This document shows, one piece after another, positions 13,000 through 27,189 of a DNA stretch of 64,000 nucleotides; the stretch's first letter is position 1; every line of letters starts with the position of its first letter. Origin of the DNA: Octopus vulgaris (Eukaryota); contig OX597814.1 of assembly GCA_951406725.2 (NCBI GenBank), positions 128,154,001-128,218,000 on the forward strand, written 5' to 3'. The notes beneath the pieces are model-generated. The model was not told where the DNA came from, made no database searches, and saw only the letters and a program-made list of their open reading frames with translations. Both the position numbers and the translations under genes were made by a program.

Positions 13000-13445
13000 G
13001 GTACCTTTCTGATTTGGCGCGCTCTAAGATGAGAAGGGTGATATATGATTTGGCCCTCTCTAAGATGAGAGGGGTAGATATATTGACCATAAGGATGGAT
13101 ATAGTGGATAGAAGAGTGGATATATTATGTTAGTGATGGGGGTGGATATATTGGTTGTTGGGTTAGGTCTTTTGGTGACAGGTATGTATATTGGCTACAT
13201 GGGTGGATATCATCATCATCATTTGATGTCTATTTTCTATGCTGACATGGGTTGAACATATCGGCGATAAAAGTGGATATACTGCTATTAAGAGTGGTGA
13301 TGAAGTTAAAAGATGTATTTTGGTGATAGTGCAGATATATTGATAGAGAAAGGTATTGTTAGTGACAAGGGTAGCTATCTTTGATGACTAGAGTAGATAT
13401 ATTGTTGATAGGAGAAGATATATTAATGATAGGGGTGGATATAAA
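13000..13445. repeat. Degenerate ~20-bp minisatellite (gggtggatatattggtgata-like)
   Basis: Recurrent gtggatatatt / gtagatatatt units. Confidence 0.65.
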
Positions 13446-14134
13446 GAAGAGAGTTATGTTTAAATCTGATATAAATTAAAAAAGTGATGATGGTGGTGGT
13501 GGGAGGAGTATGATGTTTATGGTTGCTGACACAGATTCTGCATTTTTTCAATTTTGTTCAAATTTGGTATACAGATTTAGTTTTGTATACTAATTATGAA
13601 AATAGAATTCATTTTTGTTATAAATTAATAAACAAAAAGGTTATTCCTCTTAAATTTCGCAAATTTGGGGTAATTTTAGCCAATCAAAAGTCACTGTTAT
13701 GTACATGACTGTAAATATCATATTGGTATCTGTTTCCATAATAACAAGCAAAGCTGTTGTCTGACGCCTTCACCACAGGAATAACATCCTCAAGTTATGT
13801 TCCTCTGTTATTTCTGTCTGTCATTTTGTGACAAACTGCTATAATGCAGAAAATGCCAGCTTCCAAATCCTGTTTTCTGATTAGACAGAAAATTATCAAA
13901 TTTTGAACCTCTGTAACACTTTCTGGATATAAATGTATCTTTCTGGAAATAGCATCTTTCTGGAAAAGTTTCTTTTTGGAAATAAATGTATTCTAAATTC
14001 AGATTCAGTGAGAATAATGACACCAGACATAACAAATTTGAAAATTTTCACTTAATTTTAAAATTTCCAAGCTTGTGACAACAATCAAAAAGATTTGGGG
14101 AGAGGAGGAGGAAAAGGGGAAGAGAATTACTTAC

Positions 14135-14274
14135 TGCCTTCCATGAATGAAGAAAGATCATTTTTACCAAGTATGTTATGTCTTGTAATGTCACTTTGAA
14201 TTACTTTTAGCCTTAATTTCACTTTTGCTTTAAATTTTTCTCTTCCACCACATGCATTTTGTTCTAGATGCATG
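14135..14274 (-). CDS. RGS-like gene coding exon 7 (MHLEQNACGGREKFKAKVKLRLKVIQSDITRHNILGKNDLSSFMEG)
   Basis: tctttacag acceptor, gtaagt donor, phase 2/1 compatible with both neighbours. Confidence 0.7.
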
Positions 14275-14538
14275 CTGTAAAGATACCACAAAACATTTCC
14301 ATAAAAACATAAATTTAGGAATAATTGTTTCAAACTTTGGCACAAGGCCAGTAATTTTAGGGATAGTGGTTAGTTGATTACGTTGACCCCAGTGCTCAGC
14401 TGATACTTATCATATCAACCCTGAAAGGATGAATGACAAAGCCAGACTTGACAGCATTTGAACTCAGAATTTAAAGCTGGGCACTGAGCATTTTGCTTGG
14501 CATGCTAATATGCCAGTTTGCCACCTTAAAAATCAGGA

Positions 14539-15654
<1,116 letters not shown>

Positions 15655-16136
15655 GATAATGATGTTGATGATGATGATGATGATGATGATAAGGATGATG
15701 ATGATGATGATGATGATGATATTTTGTCTTGGTGTAAAAGATAGGTTACAGTAAATATTCTGCTCAATACCACAGGTTTGCTAGTCAGTTGTTTGCCCTT
15801 AACCAGTTGAGCATGTCCCAGTTTAACAATATGTGCATCTCTGATGTAGTGGGGGAAGCATCATAGCCATGTGTTTGAAAGGAACTTTTGGGGCTTTGAA
15901 TAATTCACATCTGGAAACATGTGTGTTTTGTTCATCATCCTTAAACAAAGCTTATTCAGGGACCTTTTGAGTGGGAGGGGCTACATGACCAGAAGAAAAT
16001 TTTAACTGGGTGCCCCAGCTGCAAGGTCATATGTTGTTTATTTTGATATGAAATGACCATACATTTCTATATTTAAGAGATGAGGAATTATGTACATTAT
16101 TTACATTTGATGGATATTTGTCCTCATGTTGTTTGT

Positions 16137-16184
16137 TAACACAACATTTCAGCTGATATACCCTCCAGCCTTCATCAGGCATCT
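16137..16184 (-). ncRNA. Minimal type I hammerhead-like motif
   Basis: gaugc CUGAUGA A GGCUG..CAGCU GAAA uGU U GUGUU; the partial inverted copy at 16283 retains GAAACGU. Confidence 0.5.
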
Positions 16185-16764
16185 TGGGGAAATTTCGAAC
16201 CTGGGTTCTCATTCCTAAGGTATTTTTCGATGTTGTTGTTATTATTATTATTATTATTATTATTCAAGTCACTGCCTGGAATCGAAACGTGTTAACAACA
16301 AACAAGATGAGAACAAATATCCGTCAAATGTAAATAATGAAATGACCATACATATATGGTTGTGATGCATGTGCCTAGTGTACCCTTATCAGACGGGTGG
16401 TCACGATGGGTATACTGGGTTTCATATATTTGTACCCCAGTGTCACTTTCATGGCATGCATTGCTTTCTCACTCAATAATGATGATGATGATGATGATGA
16501 TAATAATAATAATAATAATCTCTCTCTCTCTCTCGCTATGTGGTGTCGGTTCTCCCTCTGTTTTCACTGTCTCTCTCTCTCTCTCTCTCGGTATATATCT
16601 CACCTTCACTCGCTTCCACAGGCTTAGCCAATACCGCAGGATGAAAAACATCAGCTAAGTTCCCGACCTGTTTCCTCTTTTCATTGTTTTTGCAAGCCTT
16701 ATTATTATTGTATTCCCATATCGTTGTCTTTCGTCTCAAATGCTAGCTGAAGCATAAAAACTTT

Positions 16765-17104
16765 CACTCACAAAAACTTATTCACACCACCGCAAAGCAT
16801 TTCATCTCAAGCCTGTCTTCTTTCTGCTGCCTAAAAACCTCATCTTCTCCACTCACAAAAACTTATTCACACCACCGCAAAGCATTTCATCTCAAGCCTG
16901 TCTTCTTTCTGCCGCCTAAAAACCTCATCTTCTCCACTCACAAAAACTTATTCACACCACCGCAAAGCATTTCATCTCAATCCTGTCTTCTTTCTGCCGC
17001 CTAAAAACCTCATCTTCTCCACTCACAAAAACTTATTCACACCACCGCAAAGCATTTCATCTCAATCCTGTCTTCTTTCTGCCGCCTAAAAACCTCATCT
17101 TCTC
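16765..17104. repeat. Tandem repeat, 4 x 85 bp, near-identical
   Basis: Units start at 16765, 16850, 16935 and 17020. Confidence 0.95.
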
Positions 17105-17243
17105 CCAATGTGCGGTGCGCCCGCCCTCCCATCCCCACCACCAATACCGGTGAACACTGTTCTCACCATCTACACCGGATACTCCCTCTTATGTTTCTCT
17201 ATCTGTCTAACTATTTATCAAATTTCTCTATCTATCTAATTTC

Positions 17244-17275
<32 letters not shown>

Positions 17276-17352
17276 CATTCGTCTAAAATCAAACTTCGTA
17301 TCTTCGTATCTTCGCGCCATCTTGAAGTATGTCCCCTCTAATACACATATGT

Positions 17353-17384
<32 letters not shown>

Positions 17385-17834
17385 TCATTCATCTACAAGC
17401 TGTAGTCCTGAGCGCAGATAAGTTGAATGCTTAATTTTTCACTTCGGCTACCATTTATTTATGTTTCTCTATCTGTCTAACTATTTATCAAATTTCTCTA
17501 TCTATCTAATTTCTCTATCTATCTATCTATCTATCTATCTTCATTCGTCTAAAATCAAACTTCGTATCTTCGCGGTGCATCCGCCCTGCCCACCCCCACC
17601 ACCACCACCACCACCAATACCGGATATCTCTATATTTTGCTCCATCTATACTGGATGTCGCTTCTCCCACCACCATTATAGGTGTCTACTCTTCGAACCC
17701 CCCTCTTCAATACGCTATTTCACCATGCATTACCCCTCTCTCGATATCCTACGTTCTACTTGCCTAGAACCTGTCATCATTTCTCTGAACCACCCCTCCC
17801 CACTAGTGCTCCCCTATATTTCTGCACCCCCCCC

Positions 17835-18088
17835 ACATAAAAAAAGCACCATCCGAACGTGGCCGATGCCAGACCCCTCTGGCACCTGTGCAGGTGGCAC
17901 GTAAAAAACACCCACTACACTCGCGGAGTGGTTGGCGTTAGGAAGGGCATCCAGCTGTAGAAACACTGCCAGACTAGACTGGAGCCTGGGGCAGTCCCGA
18001 GCTCCCCAGACCCCGGTCGAAACCGTCCAACCCGTGCTAGCGCGGAAAACGGACGTTAAACGATGATGATGATGATGATGATGATGAT
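17835..18088 (+). mobile_element. RTE 3'UTR fragment
   Basis: Same 3'UTR motif and tail. Confidence 0.85.
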
Positions 18089-18249
18089 GAATAATTCTTT
18101 GTACTATAGGCACAAGACCTAAAATTTTGAGGAGAGGGGGCTAGTTAATTACATTGAACCCACAGTGCTTGACTGGTACTTAATTTATCAACCCTAAGAA
18201 AATGAAAGGCAAAGTCAACCTTAGTAGAACTATCATTGTTATTATTATT

Positions 18250-18291
<42 letters not shown>

Positions 18292-18339
18292 CAACAAGAA
18301 GAGCACAATATTACTTTGTAATAGAGATTGACTCTATTT

Positions 18340-19140
18340 ATTGAATTGAACAATATTTCAACAGTATGTCTGTCTGTCTCCCTCAGATGCAAAATGAAAA
18401 GAATACAGAAATACAGAAATTCAAAATACAAACAGGAATAATATACATTCCCTTTTAAACAACATCATTAGTTTTTGCCCTTTTATAATTGGTAACAAGG
18501 AAAAAGATAAAACAAAGCAGAGTAGAGAACATTTAGTCAAAAAGTTTTCTGTAAATGTGATGGAATTCACCTGTTATTTTGTTCATTCTTCCAGGATGTG
18601 ATGTCAGTAATTCACAAATAAATTTATCCTCGTGTGTTTTGAGGTCTAAAAGTGCAGTAGAATCAGAGTATTTCCCGAGAATGTGTACTTCCAGCTGTTC
18701 CTGAAAATTACAGTTGTTTTGTGTAAAATGTTTGGCAAGTTCTGTTAAACTATAGTTATTGTGCCTGATATCATCTCTATGCCTATTTAGACTTTCATTT
18801 TAATTATTCTGTAGCGTTTGGTGCACGTTACTGTGTACATGAAATGAAATTTCTCACAGGTACCACCTTCTCTCTAAATCATAACATTTCTATTACAATT
18901 TGAGATGGAATTGACTTGACTTATGTTGTTGTATACTAAACAGGGCTTACCACTCTTGCAGCTGTTTTTTGGGGTACAGCATTCAGAAACTCCAATAGCA
19001 GTTTTGTTGAGATTAGTGGTAGTGGTTAATTGTTCTCTTACATTTTTATTGCATCTAAAGGCTACATAAAGTGGATGAAGGAATATTTGTTTGGAATGAG
19101 GATATTCTTCTGAGATACGCTGATAACTTTCAGGCAACAC
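18340..19140 (-). mobile_element. Degraded Penelope-like 3' end (GIY-YIG C-terminus plus pLTR remnant)
   Basis: PLYVAFRCNKNVREQL and RHRDDIR...ELAKHF...LLTSHPGRMN, followed by a hammerhead-like motif. Confidence 0.7.
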
Positions 19141-19282
19141 TTTTGAAATGTAAATAAATTTTTGGTGCCAATTAATCTCAAAAGGAATTCAATCACAAAT
19201 GTCATTTTGGCTTCTAAAATAATACATGCAAGCCTGACTTTCCTTGCTAATTTTAGTTATGTCATTTGTTGTTGCTGACAAT

Positions 19283-19735
19283 CATCATCATCATTATCAT
19301 CATCATCATCATCATCATCATCGTCTAACATCCACTTTCCATGCTAGCATGGATTGGACGATTTGACTGAGGTCTGGCGAACCAGATGGCTGCACCAGAC
19401 TTCAATCTGATCTGGCAGAGTTTCTACAGCTGGATGCCCTTCCTAATGCCAACCACTCCGAGAGTGTAGTGGGTGCTTTTACATGCCACCAGCACGAGGG
19501 CCAGTCAGGCAGTACTAGCATGGCCACACTCAAATGGTGCTTTTTATGTGCCACCTGCACAGGAGCCAGGCCAGCGGCACTGGCAATGACCTCGCCTCAA
19601 TGTTTTTTCATGTGCCACCATCATAAGTGCCAGTAAGGCAACACAGGTAGCGATCATGCTCAAATGGTGTTTTTTACATGCCACCGGCACGGAGGCCAGC
19701 TTGTTACTCTGGCAACGATCATGCTCATATGGTAT
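19283..19735 (-). mobile_element. RTE 3'UTR fragment
   Basis: Same 3'UTR motif and tandem units. Confidence 0.85.
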
Positions 19736-20018
19736 TTTTCTCCCTCTTTGAAACCTTGCTGTTGTTATTGTAGTTGTTGTTGTTGCCGTTATTCATGGCA
19801 ACGCTGGTTGTAGTGGTGTTGTTGGTCATCTTTTCACTTTCCTTGCTTGCAGACACTACATTTTTGGAAGCAACAGTAACAGGCGAAATGCTATCACCCT
19901 CTCTTTTCATCATCACATAACTCTTCTCCATCTCTCCCTCTCTCTCACTGATGACTGGACCTCTGTCAACGGTTATTATTGTATAAATTGCTGAAAGACC
20001 CCCAAGAAATAGGTGAAT

Positions 20019-20665
20019 CATCATCATCATCATCATCATTTAGCGTCCGTTTTCCATGCTAGCATGGGTTGGACGGTTCTGCTGGGGTCTGTGAAGCCAG
20101 AAGGCTTCATCAGGCCCAGTCAAATCTGGCAGTGTTTCTACGGCTGGATGCCCTTCCTAACGCCAACCACTCCGTGAGTGTAGTGGGTGCTTTTTACGTG
20201 CCACCCGCACTGGTGCCAGACAGAGCTGGCAAACGGCCACGAACGGATGGTGCTTTTTATGTGCCACCGGCACGAGGGCCAGGCGAGGCTGGCAACGGAC
20301 ACGAAACGGGGCGGTGCTGGCAACGGTCGCGAAACGGAAAGTTCTCTTACATGCCACCGGCACTGGTAACACATCTGCAATTTCCATTGATCGATTTCCA
20401 TTGATCGATTTCGATTCTGATCCTCACTTGCCTCAATGGGTCTTCACAAGCAGAGTTTCGACATGCCACCGGCACTGGTAGCACATCCGCAATTTCCATT
20501 GATCGATTTCGATTCTGATCCTCACTTGCCTCAACACGTCTTCACAAGTAGAGTTTTGTGTCCCAAGAAGGGAAGGTATGCATACGTAGGCTGGCTCCAT
20601 CCCATGTAGAAGGCCACGGGTTGTGGACTCACTTGTCCTGCCGGGTCTTCTCGCGCACAGCACAG
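20019..20665 (-). mobile_element. RTE 3' fragment spanning the whole 3'UTR and the last codons
   Basis: Colinear with 40737-41450; internal duplication near 20350-20550. Confidence 0.9.
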
Positions 20666-20860
20666 CAATCTTAGACACAGCAATCTCGCGCACAGCAATC
20701 TTAGACAAAAATAGGAACCTATCAGCAGAAGAAAGTTCCCTTATTCTCTTCACTCATACAAAATTAAAAGAAAGTGTGGCTATTTCCCAGCAAAAATTGA
20801 AGATTTTCACCAAAAATTTTGGAGCCAACATCAAACATAGCTTACCTGGCTGACAGCCAA

Positions 20861-20913
<53 letters not shown>

Positions 20914-21256
20914 TGATGATGATGATAATAATAAAAGAGCAGATAGCATGGTACTGTATGTTGCAGGCAGCAAGCCTGCTACACATGCAAGACTCTGGGA
21001 GTTACAAGAAAACCTAAGAAAAAAGAATAAATAATAATAATCCTTTCTACTGAAGGCACAAGGCCTTAAAATTATTGCAGAGGTGACTAGTCAATTACAT
21101 CGACCCCAGTTGACCTTGGCAGAATTTGAACTCAGAATGTAGCAACAGACGAAATACCACTGAGCATTTTGCTCAGCATGCTAACGATTCAGCCAGCATG
21201 CTGCCTTAATGATGATGACGATGATGATGATGGTGATGGTGGTGGTGGTGGTGGTG

Positions 21257-21291
<35 letters not shown>

Positions 21292-21654
21292 CATCATCAT
21301 CATTATAATGTTGATGATATCTTTCATTTGCCACAGATTAAGTGGAGCAGCAGATTAAGGGGATAATACAAAGACAGACATAAGGTATGGAGGATTACGG
21401 AGGATCAAATGAATAAAAAAGAAGTATTTTTTAAAATTCATTTTTACATCACATTTTTACCATCTTCTCTCTCTCCACTCTGTCCTCACCTGAGATAGCT
21501 ATGTTTCCTCTCTAATGCAAAACTCCTTTTTCTGTCCCTCAATACTACTCCCACCTCAGCCGAGGGCTCTTGTCTTGCAAGGTTTGGTGCATTCTTTTGA
21601 CTTCTCAGTTCTTGTCAAACAAACCAAACCATGCCAGTATGGAAAACAGATGTG

Positions 21655-21783
21655 AAAGGAGGAGGAGGAGGATGGTGATGGTGATGATGATGGTGATGAT
21701 GGTGATGAAGAAGAAGAAGAAGAAGAAGAAGAAGAAGAAGAAGAAGAAGAAGAAGAAGAAGAAGAAGAAGAAGAAGAAGAAAG
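21655..21783. repeat. Compound (GGA/GAT/AAG)n microsatellite
   Basis: Direct. Confidence 0.97.
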
Positions 21784-22339
21784 TATAATGATGATGAAGT
21801 AAATGATGATAATAATGCAATCCTACTGACCGTATTATCACCATCATTTTTTTTTTAATGACCCTACCCACCATCCAAGATGACCTAGGATGCCAAGATT
21901 AAGTGCCCCTGTTCAATTGTCAGTCTTTGACCTACAGGTTTATTTTTAGAACAATCCCATTCAGTCTTGCCATTTTCTCTATTTTCATCCACCTTTCATT
22001 AAATTTACTATCCTCACATTCTTTTCCAAATAAATCTTGAAAAAAAATCAATGGAGGATCAATTGAAGAGGAAAATGCTTGTTGTCCCATTTTTCAATCT
22101 CATTCAGCAATCCCACTGCTATAGCTACTAAGACAAAGGAAAAGTATCTTCTCTGCTCTATCAAAGGTGAGCAATGGGGCAACCTTCGTGATGCACTTGG
22201 CTGATTGATAGATCCATTCCAAGGTTGCTGCTGTTCAACATAACTCTACAAGTGAGCAATACAGATATACTGAACATGTGCATACAAAATAGTTTTGTTG
22301 CTATGTATGCATATCAGACAGGCCTGTCAGATGGTATTC

Positions 22340-22570
22340 TGCAAGCTGGCAGAAACGTTAGCGTGCTGGGCGAAATGCTTAGCGGTATTTCGTCTGTCGT
22401 TACATTCTGAGTTCAAATTCCGCCGAGGTCGACTTTGCCTTTCATCCTTTCGGGGTCGATAAATTAAGTACCAGTTACACACTGGGGTCGATATAATTGA
22501 CTTAATCCCTTTGTCTGTCCTTGTTTGTCCCCTCTATGTTTATCCCCTTGTGTGCAATAAAAAAACAGGT
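22340..22570 (+). mobile_element. SINE family B
   Basis: Match to 6320-6540. Confidence 0.85.
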
Positions 22571-22864
22571 ATTTCCATGTCTGTAGAGTTTATCACAAAC
22601 CAGTAAAGCCCCTCAACATCAAGGACTTCTGCCAGCTGTCCATAGAAAATCCTAGTGCAAAAGTCCTCTTAAAACAGACCAGCCAGTGCCTGGGATCTTG
22701 GACAAAATCTTAAACTTTGTATTTAGCAGAGCTATGCAACAGCATACTCCTTTTCAGTGCCATTTCTCTGCAGCATTATGATTCCATAGCTCACAACATT
22801 TGAAATTCTGCTGTTCTGCCGACATTTGCAGTAGCTATCCACCAAGAGGTTGCCAGACAAATCT

Positions 22865-23230
22865 GGCAGGAGTGGCTGTGTGGTAAATAGCTTGCTTATT
22901 AACCACATGGTTCCAGGTTCAGTCCCAGTGCATGACACCTTGGGCAAGTGTCTTCTACAATAGCCTCAGGCCGACCAAAGCCTTGTGAGTGGATTTGGTA
23001 GACGGAAACTGAGAGAAGCCTGTTGTATATATATATATATGTATGTATACGTTTGTGTGTCCGTTTGTCCCCCCAACATCGCTTGACAACTGATGCTGGT
23101 GTGTTTACATCCCCGTCACTTAGCAGTTCAGCTTACAAAGAATAAGTTCTGGGGTCAATTTGCTTGACTAAAGGTGGTGCTCCAGCATGGCCACAGCCAA
23201 ATGACTGAAACAAATACAAGAATAAAAGAT
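22865..23230 (+). mobile_element. tRNA-derived SINE family A
   Basis: A box tggctgtgtggt, B box ggttcagtccc, ccttgggcaag core; other copies at ~1640-2040, 9440-9790, 12475-12745, 61200-61440. Confidence 0.85.
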
Positions 23231-24310
23231 CACCCAAACCAGGAAATTTGTGCCTTGTGCAACTACATGGTGCTTCCTGATTTTCAGTTATTGGCTTTTC
23301 GCTGTACTTTACATCTTTCTAGAAGAGCCATGTCACTAAAGTCTGCTACGAAACTGCCACCTACTCTGAACAGTCAAAAAGTGTACTGATGGAAAACCGC
23401 ACACATCTGCTAAGAACCAAGTAGCACATCATACCCCCACCACTCAGGCCCATCAACCAGTTTTAGTCCTCACATGGTTTAGCATATGGACCCTAGCTCT
23501 GAAATGCAGTCCATGTGTTTAGCATTGAAGAAGTGATCAAGGGTCGTTCTCACAGCTAGCACATCAGTTGCAATACTTTTATTAATCACCTCTTTTCGCT
23601 TGATAATTAACCTTCACTTCAATCTAGTTTTCTCTGTTACTAGCTCTTTACTAAACACTCTCTATTCTCGTGTAATCACTCTCTTAGGGGAGCCTCACTA
23701 CCAGACATTGATGATTACCTCTGTAGCAGCTGCTTAATTTTCTAAACCAGTCTCTGTAGTATTCTTGCATGCCAGTAAAGATGTAGTTACTGTGTTCTGG
23801 TCCATGGGTTCTATTTAAGCCATAAATTTTTTTATCTGTAAAGCCAACAAGTTTGAACTGTGGATACATTTTGATATCAGTATCTACTAACCTGTACTCC
23901 ATCTAGATATGATCTGGATGATCCTCTTTGGCTGCACCATGTTATGTTTCTCTCTCTCTCTCCAACTGTTACACCCTCTGTGTTTTTCTAGGTCAAGATT
24001 TTGAGGGCCAAGAGGGTGTATATGCCTGTTTGCAAGCAAAAGTGTGGTACAAGCTGTTAAGTCATACTAGCTTGAAGAATGTTCTTAAGAACATTGATCA
24101 CAAAGTCAGTATCTCTGATGTGAGGATTTTAGGTTGTGTCTACAAATGTGTGTATAAATATGTATAAGTACAGACATACATGTATATATTTGTGTGATTG
24201 TGTCTGAAAGAAAAGGAGAAAGTGCATATATGTGCGCATGTGTAAACATGCAATCAAAAGAGATGTGAATAAGGAATGCAAAAGAGATGTGAATAAGGAA
24301 TGCAACTTAC

Positions 24311-24435
24311 ATATCCCAAGCTTTATAAATTGATGGTAAGACATCAAGTGCTAAATTATGAAACAGTCCATGTGAAATACCTTCTCTCTTAAATTTCATT
24401 ATTGCTTCTGACAGTAAAGTTGGTGAGACATTTAA
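24311..24435 (-). CDS. RGS-like gene coding exon 6 (LNVSPTLLSEAIMKFKREGISHGLFHNLALDVLPSIYKAWD)
   Basis: ttacaacag acceptor, gtaagt donor, phase 0/2; LNV...LFH...V.P...W pattern recalls the RGSL1/RGS22 C-terminal RGS-like domain. Confidence 0.8.
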
Positions 24436-25001
24436 CTGTTGTAACAATAGATAAAGAAGAATTAGATTCGTCAGAGATCTTACTATACAATTCAACAACA
24501 ATATCAACTTCAATTACAGACACCAATTAATAAGTCACAACTACAATTACCACTTGTACAATAATGATTACAGGTTTGTAATTCCTGGCTTTGAAGATGG
24601 CCAGATTGGAAGCTTTACTGTTTGTGGGTCCTGAAGTAGCTTATTAGGCCAATAACTTCCAAATCTTTAAAGCTGCACTGACTTGTACAAAATTTTTAAG
24701 GTGAGGTAGAACTGCACAGCAACTACCCCAGCCTCTTTTCCTGTTTTTCTGGCATCCAGTGGCAAGACAGGATCAAGACAAGTGGCAAGACAAGATCAAT
24801 GCAATCACTATCACCACTACCTCAAATATAGTTATCATAACTAAAATTACTATTTTTAAAATTATCATCACCACTACATAACTGAATACTGAGTGCTCCC
24901 TCTCTATCCATGTTTAACTAATACTTGTTAAATAACAGTGGTTTATGGAGAACAATTGTGTTTCCAATACAGATCATTAAAATAAGTAATGAGATTATAT
25001 A

Positions 25002-25233
25002 TATTTCTTTACTACCCACAAGGGGCTACACACAGAAGGGACAAAGAAGGACATACAAACGGATTAAGTCGATTACATCGACCCCAGTGCATAACTGGTA
25101 CTTAATTTATCCACCCCGAAAGGATGAAGGGCAAAGTCGACCTCAGCGGAATTTGAACTCAGAACTTAAAGACAGACGAAATACCACTAAGCATTTCGTC
25201 CGGCGTGCTAACGTTTCTGCCAGCTTGTCGCCT
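25002..25233 (-). mobile_element. SINE family B with a 19-bp TSD
   Basis: TAAGTAATGAGATTATATA at 24983-25001 and 25234-25252. Confidence 0.9.
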
Positions 25234-25511
25234 TAAGTAATGAGATTATATAACTGATGGAAAGCCTTCAAGATGGGACCACAGCATGGCCACAATCCAA
25301 TAACTGAAACAAACACAAGAATATTAATGTGGTAGGCACCTACCGTTACATCTCTAAATCTATCTACTAGAACAAAAAGTATGTTGTCTTCTCTCTCTTT
25401 ACACGAAAGTGGTTTTAAGACATATCAATGATTTCTAGCATGGTACATTTACAGGATGGCCCCTACACATGTATAACAACAAATACCAACAAGAAATTAA
25501 AAGATAGGTAC

Positions 25512-25638
25512 GGGTGAATATGTAAAATTTTCTGTACTGAGGAACGTCTTAATTATGCTTTGTGCTTTATTCTTCATTCGCCGCTTTTCTACTGGTAAAT
25601 AGCAATGCTTTTTGTAATTTTGAAATGCTTTCTTATAA
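25512..25638 (-). CDS. RGS-like gene coding exon 5 (YKKAFQNYKKHCYLPVEKRRMKNKAQSIIKTFLSTENFTYSP)
   Basis: ttgcttcacag acceptor, gtacct donor, phase 2/0; KAQSIIKTFL matches the RGS 'KAxxIxxxFL' helix. Confidence 0.75.
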
Positions 25639-26379
25639 CTGTGAAGCAATGAAAGAAATACTGTGAGAATAATTTCTGAAACAGACACGCAAGGCTAATT
25701 AAATCAAAATTAACACTGCCCCCATCACTTTCCCCAAGATGCAATACAATGCTTGGTGCATGCTACTCATCATCAATCTCATCGCTGTCATCATCGTCAT
25801 CGATAGAATTGTCTTGAGCATTGCCATCATCATCATTTAACATCTGTCTTCCATGTTGGCATGGGTAAGACAGTTTGACAGAATCCAACGAATTGGAGAA
25901 CTGTGTCTAAATCCAATGTCTATTTGGTTTGATTTCTACAGCTGAATACCCTTCTTAACACTGACCACTTTACAGAGTGTATCAGGCGAGTTTTTCATGA
26001 CACCAGCACTAGTGAGGTTGCCATGTATCTTGCAAGACAAAACATGACTCCTCAATCAAGTGAGATTGTAGTAGAAAGGGAGGTGGCTTTATGTCAAGTA
26101 TTGAGAGGCTAAAGTATAAAAAAGGGACAGACACAGGGGTCTCACTATAGAGGAGATATATGGCTAGGCCATGTCATATAACTGTGGCTAGCTGAAAAGA
26201 AGACAATGACAGGAGCAGTGAGGTGTCAAAGTGTGCTCCCAAGACACAAGAAAGCGAGGAGTATAAGAGAGAATATAAAGTGAGGATCAGGAGCATGTGA
26301 GAGGAGAGTAATGGATAGTTAAAGATGGGGTATAGTTGCAAGAATAAGAACCAGCTAGTGAAAGTATTTTGTTACCACT

Positions 26380-26810
26380 GTAGATAATAAAAGACCTCTC
26401 TCAGTGTGAAAGCCAATGTGTATGGATAGCAATGTTACACAGTGAAATGTGGGCCATGAATGCAAAAGATATGTGAAGACTAGAAAGAAATGAAGCTACA
26501 TTGGATGTGCAATGTCAGACTGCATGTATGAAAAAGTGAAAATGTGTTGAGAGAAAAATTTCATATAAGCGGCATCAAATGTGGTGTGCAAGAGAGAAGA
26601 CTGTGCTGGTGTGGTCATGTGATGTGTATGAATGAGGGCAGCTGCAAAAAGAAATGCTAGCCACTAAATGTGGAAGGAACTTGTGGAAAAGGAAGACCTA
26701 GGAAGATGTGAGCTGAACTAGTGATGACCGACCACATGATGTTGAGCCTCACAGAGGACATAAAAAGGGATAAAGATGATTGACGATTTGCTTGAGAAGA
26801 TTTAGCCATC
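26380..26810 (+). mobile_element. Old RTE LINE RT C-terminal fragment
   Basis: Degenerate match to CGVQERRL.W.GHV and EGTCGKGRPRK of the full-length copy. Confidence 0.75.
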
Positions 26811-27189
26811 TCAGCAAAAAATGAAACCCTAAAAGCACATTGTTTGTTTATGTTTATGCCCTCTCTACCCAATCTGTTCTTATCAGGCCTTCACCAAACT
26901 CATCTTTCTAACATTTATCTCAGAACCACTCTTCGAGGCTATTCACTTACCTGCTGTAATTGCACGAAAGCAGGACTGCACATATCCCACCCAATTCCCC
27001 TTTTTATGCTACCAATTATCTTCTCCTGGGAGTCACTTCTCTTGCCACCAGTCTTGCACTCTCAACATCATTCCTTGCCACTTTGTTCTCCACTGAACAC
27101 CCGTTCTCTCTAACACCTTTTCATATCTACCATCAACACCCCCCCCCACTACTACGGTTGCTTATCAATCACTATTTTCCCCTCTACAT

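Noticed and set aside
16765-17104. Regular repeat array as a possible CRISPR (also the ~60-bp arrays such as 53340-53730)
   Set aside because: Contiguous tandem units without unique spacers, no cas genes, eukaryotic context
22865-22935. tRNA-like A/B boxes here and at other SINE heads
   Set aside because: No intact cloverleaf, and each continues into a SINE body
24585-24660. Hammerhead-like UUGAAGA with UGGCC/GGCCA stem
   Set aside because: No GAAA after the stem and no convincing stem I
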